The position numbers were made by a program, and so were the translations under genes. The notes beneath the pieces are model-generated. The model saw only the letters and a list, made by a program, of their open reading frames with translations, was not told the origin of the DNA and did no database searches. A stretch of DNA of 64,000 nucleotides from Selaginella moellendorffii. Its lineage: Eukaryota > Plantae > Lycopodiophyta. Numbering within the stretch: the stretch's first letter is position 1; each line of letters starts with the position of its first letter. The DNA is taken from assembly GCF_000143415.4 (NCBI RefSeq), contig NW_003314270.1:1667048-1731047 (forward strand), given 5' to 3'. This document shows, piece after piece, positions 62,461 to 64,000 of the stretch.

Positions 62461-62588
62461 TCGCGACATCAAACACCACCTTCCACACCAAATGTAACCA
62501 AATGTAAGCTCCTTGAATTTGGACTCGCGACATCAAACACCACCTTCCACACCAAATGTAACCAAATGTAAGCTCCTTGAATTTGGAC
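62461..62588. repeat. 64-bp direct tandem duplication spanning the Cassandra LTR junction
   Basis: tcgcgacatcaaacaccaccttccacaccaaatgtaaccaaatgtaagctccttgaatttggac x2. Confidence 0.9.
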
Positions 62589-62992
62589 TTCCCGGGAGGT
62601 CACCCAGCCCAGTACTATTCAAACCCAAAGACGCTTAACTCCAAATATCCCAAGACCCTTAACCGATTGGAAAAGGGCGTGCACTCTTGTTCATGGGCCC
62701 TTTCCCTCTATATTTGAACCCCAACGGATCGTCTCTCGAGTCGTTCCCTTTGGTTGCTTACAATCCACCACGCTTCTCTGCAAGTTCACGCCCTCGTGAA
62801 CGGAAGCTGAGAGCCGCAGCTCTCCCGAGAGCCTCGCTCTCTTGACACCCTACCCCTCGGGTCGAGCCCAGCAGGAGCAAACTGGACCAGCCAGATGTCA
62901 ATCAACATGTGGTGTAATTCCCTTAGCCAACCAACAAAGTCGGACCCAAGACCGCTCCGATACCAAATGTAAGCTCCTGAGTTTGGACTTCC
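62567..62992 (-). mobile_element. Cassandra-like TRIM: 196-bp LTR with 5S rRNA-derived core, ~205-bp internal region, PBS, truncated second LTR
   Basis: LTR TGTAAGC...GCTTACA (62567-62762). 62586-62640 is the reverse complement of the plant 5S rRNA internal-promoter region (AGTTAAGCGT...AGTACT.GG.TGGGTGACCTCCCGGGAAGTC). iMet PBS at 62954-62965; second LTR starts at 62968. Confidence 0.85.
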
Positions 62993-64000
62993 TTCTGGTG
63001 TTCTAGAGTGTTCGGGTGTCCCAATGATGGCTTTCTTGACAATGAGTATTTCCTTTTATGACATTGACTTACTATATCTCAACACAAGAAACTTATCCCC
63101 TGTAAGGGTATATCCAACTTCCCTATGCTATTAAGAAGTCTTGGGTAGCTACCTTCTACCCGTTTAACCAGTTATTTTGCACCTCTTGCTTAGTTGCCTC
63201 ATAGTGGTCAAGTCCTACAACTCATTGCTTGGTGGTTTCACACCTCCATCATTATCTGGGTCACCACACTCCAACTGCATGCTCTGCAGCTTAGACTATG
63301 CCATTCCCATTTCCATTGGGATTCCTTTGGCAAGGGGTTCTCATGAACCCATTAACATAGCCTCAAGGTATCACACCTTGGCACATTTGGTGTCTCCACA
63401 CCATCGCCATGAGCCTACCTCTATGACACTTCCCCTTCGTGTCTAAGTCTTTGCCAAGACCAACACCGCTCTTTCTCATGCCAACCATCGGTTAGCACTG
63501 CACCATAGAGGTCACACACAACTTTGTGTCAAAGTTGTTTTCTTCTGGGAACACCTTTCCCATTACCTTAGCACGGCACATTTTGCCATCGATGAGATAC
63601 CCTCTGTTCTCATCCTTGGATCCTATGATCCCCCCCATCCTTTGTGGGGTACAACACACCTCAGTCCAAATGCTTCCATCAGTTCTTTTAGGACCATCCC
63701 TTGACTCTACTTGAGTCATCCAGCAGTTTTGGACTTTGGTTAATCCACAGACCCGTAAGGTCCTACTTGTGAGGCACTAGCTCACTGGAATACACTTCTT
63801 GCATTCCTGTCCTACTCAAAAGGACTATTTTCACAAGTGTTACTCTGACACTTGATTTTGTTCTCTGGGGGCAACCTTTGCCCCTTAGGACTACTTATCC
63901 ATGTGATGAGAATTCCACTCATCTCTAAGTACACCCCCCAACTCCTTGGGTTGTTCCAACATTTATTAAAGGTGGCCCCGGCTACCACTTCAAGGACTTG
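62993..64000 (-). mobile_element. Degraded gypsy RT/RNase H remnant
   Basis: Broken frames with RT/RH-like spacing; no intact motifs. Confidence 0.35.

Noticed and set aside
62586-62640. Functional 5S rRNA gene
   Set aside because: Only ~55 nt of diverged 5S-like sequence, embedded in an LTR.

Overview
Eukaryotic, land-plant genomic DNA. The ~45-70-nt introns, an XIP aquaporin and compact GC-rich genes suggest a lycophyte such as Selaginella (inference). About 5-13 kb holds three spliced host genes on the + strand: a CPL3-like CTD phosphatase, an XIP aquaporin preceded by 7 perfect P1BS phosphate-starvation boxes, and a G3Pp/SLC37-type MFS transporter. The rest is a nested transposon stack. 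A full-length chromovirus (Ty3/gypsy; 1147-bp LTRs at 26117-27263 and 59344-60490; TSD ACTTC) sits in an older related LTR element, and its integrase frame is broken by two sense-strand spliceosomal introns. Its RNase H is split by a ~13.6-kb DNA transposon (29468-56306; 24-bp TIR; 4-bp TSD TTGA), which contains an inverted second copy of the same family (29994-43213; TSD CCAA). This element is the best candidate for an undescribed system. It encodes a ~1020-aa Sola-like DDD transposase and, divergently, one spliced >=1640-aa cargo protein that reads as ParB/DGQHR-like + degenerate beta-class amino-methyltransferase-like + acidic linker + FCP1/NIF HAD phosphatase-like. The element also carries ~25 dispersed copies of a 22-bp palindrome, ATGGC(A/G)TG-N6-CA(T/C)GCCAT, which resembles an operator or parS site, plus a (TTTAGGG)4 tract between the two genes. 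Cassandra-like TRIMs with 5S rRNA-derived LTRs are also present. All domain calls are by-eye motif recognition; no database searches were run.
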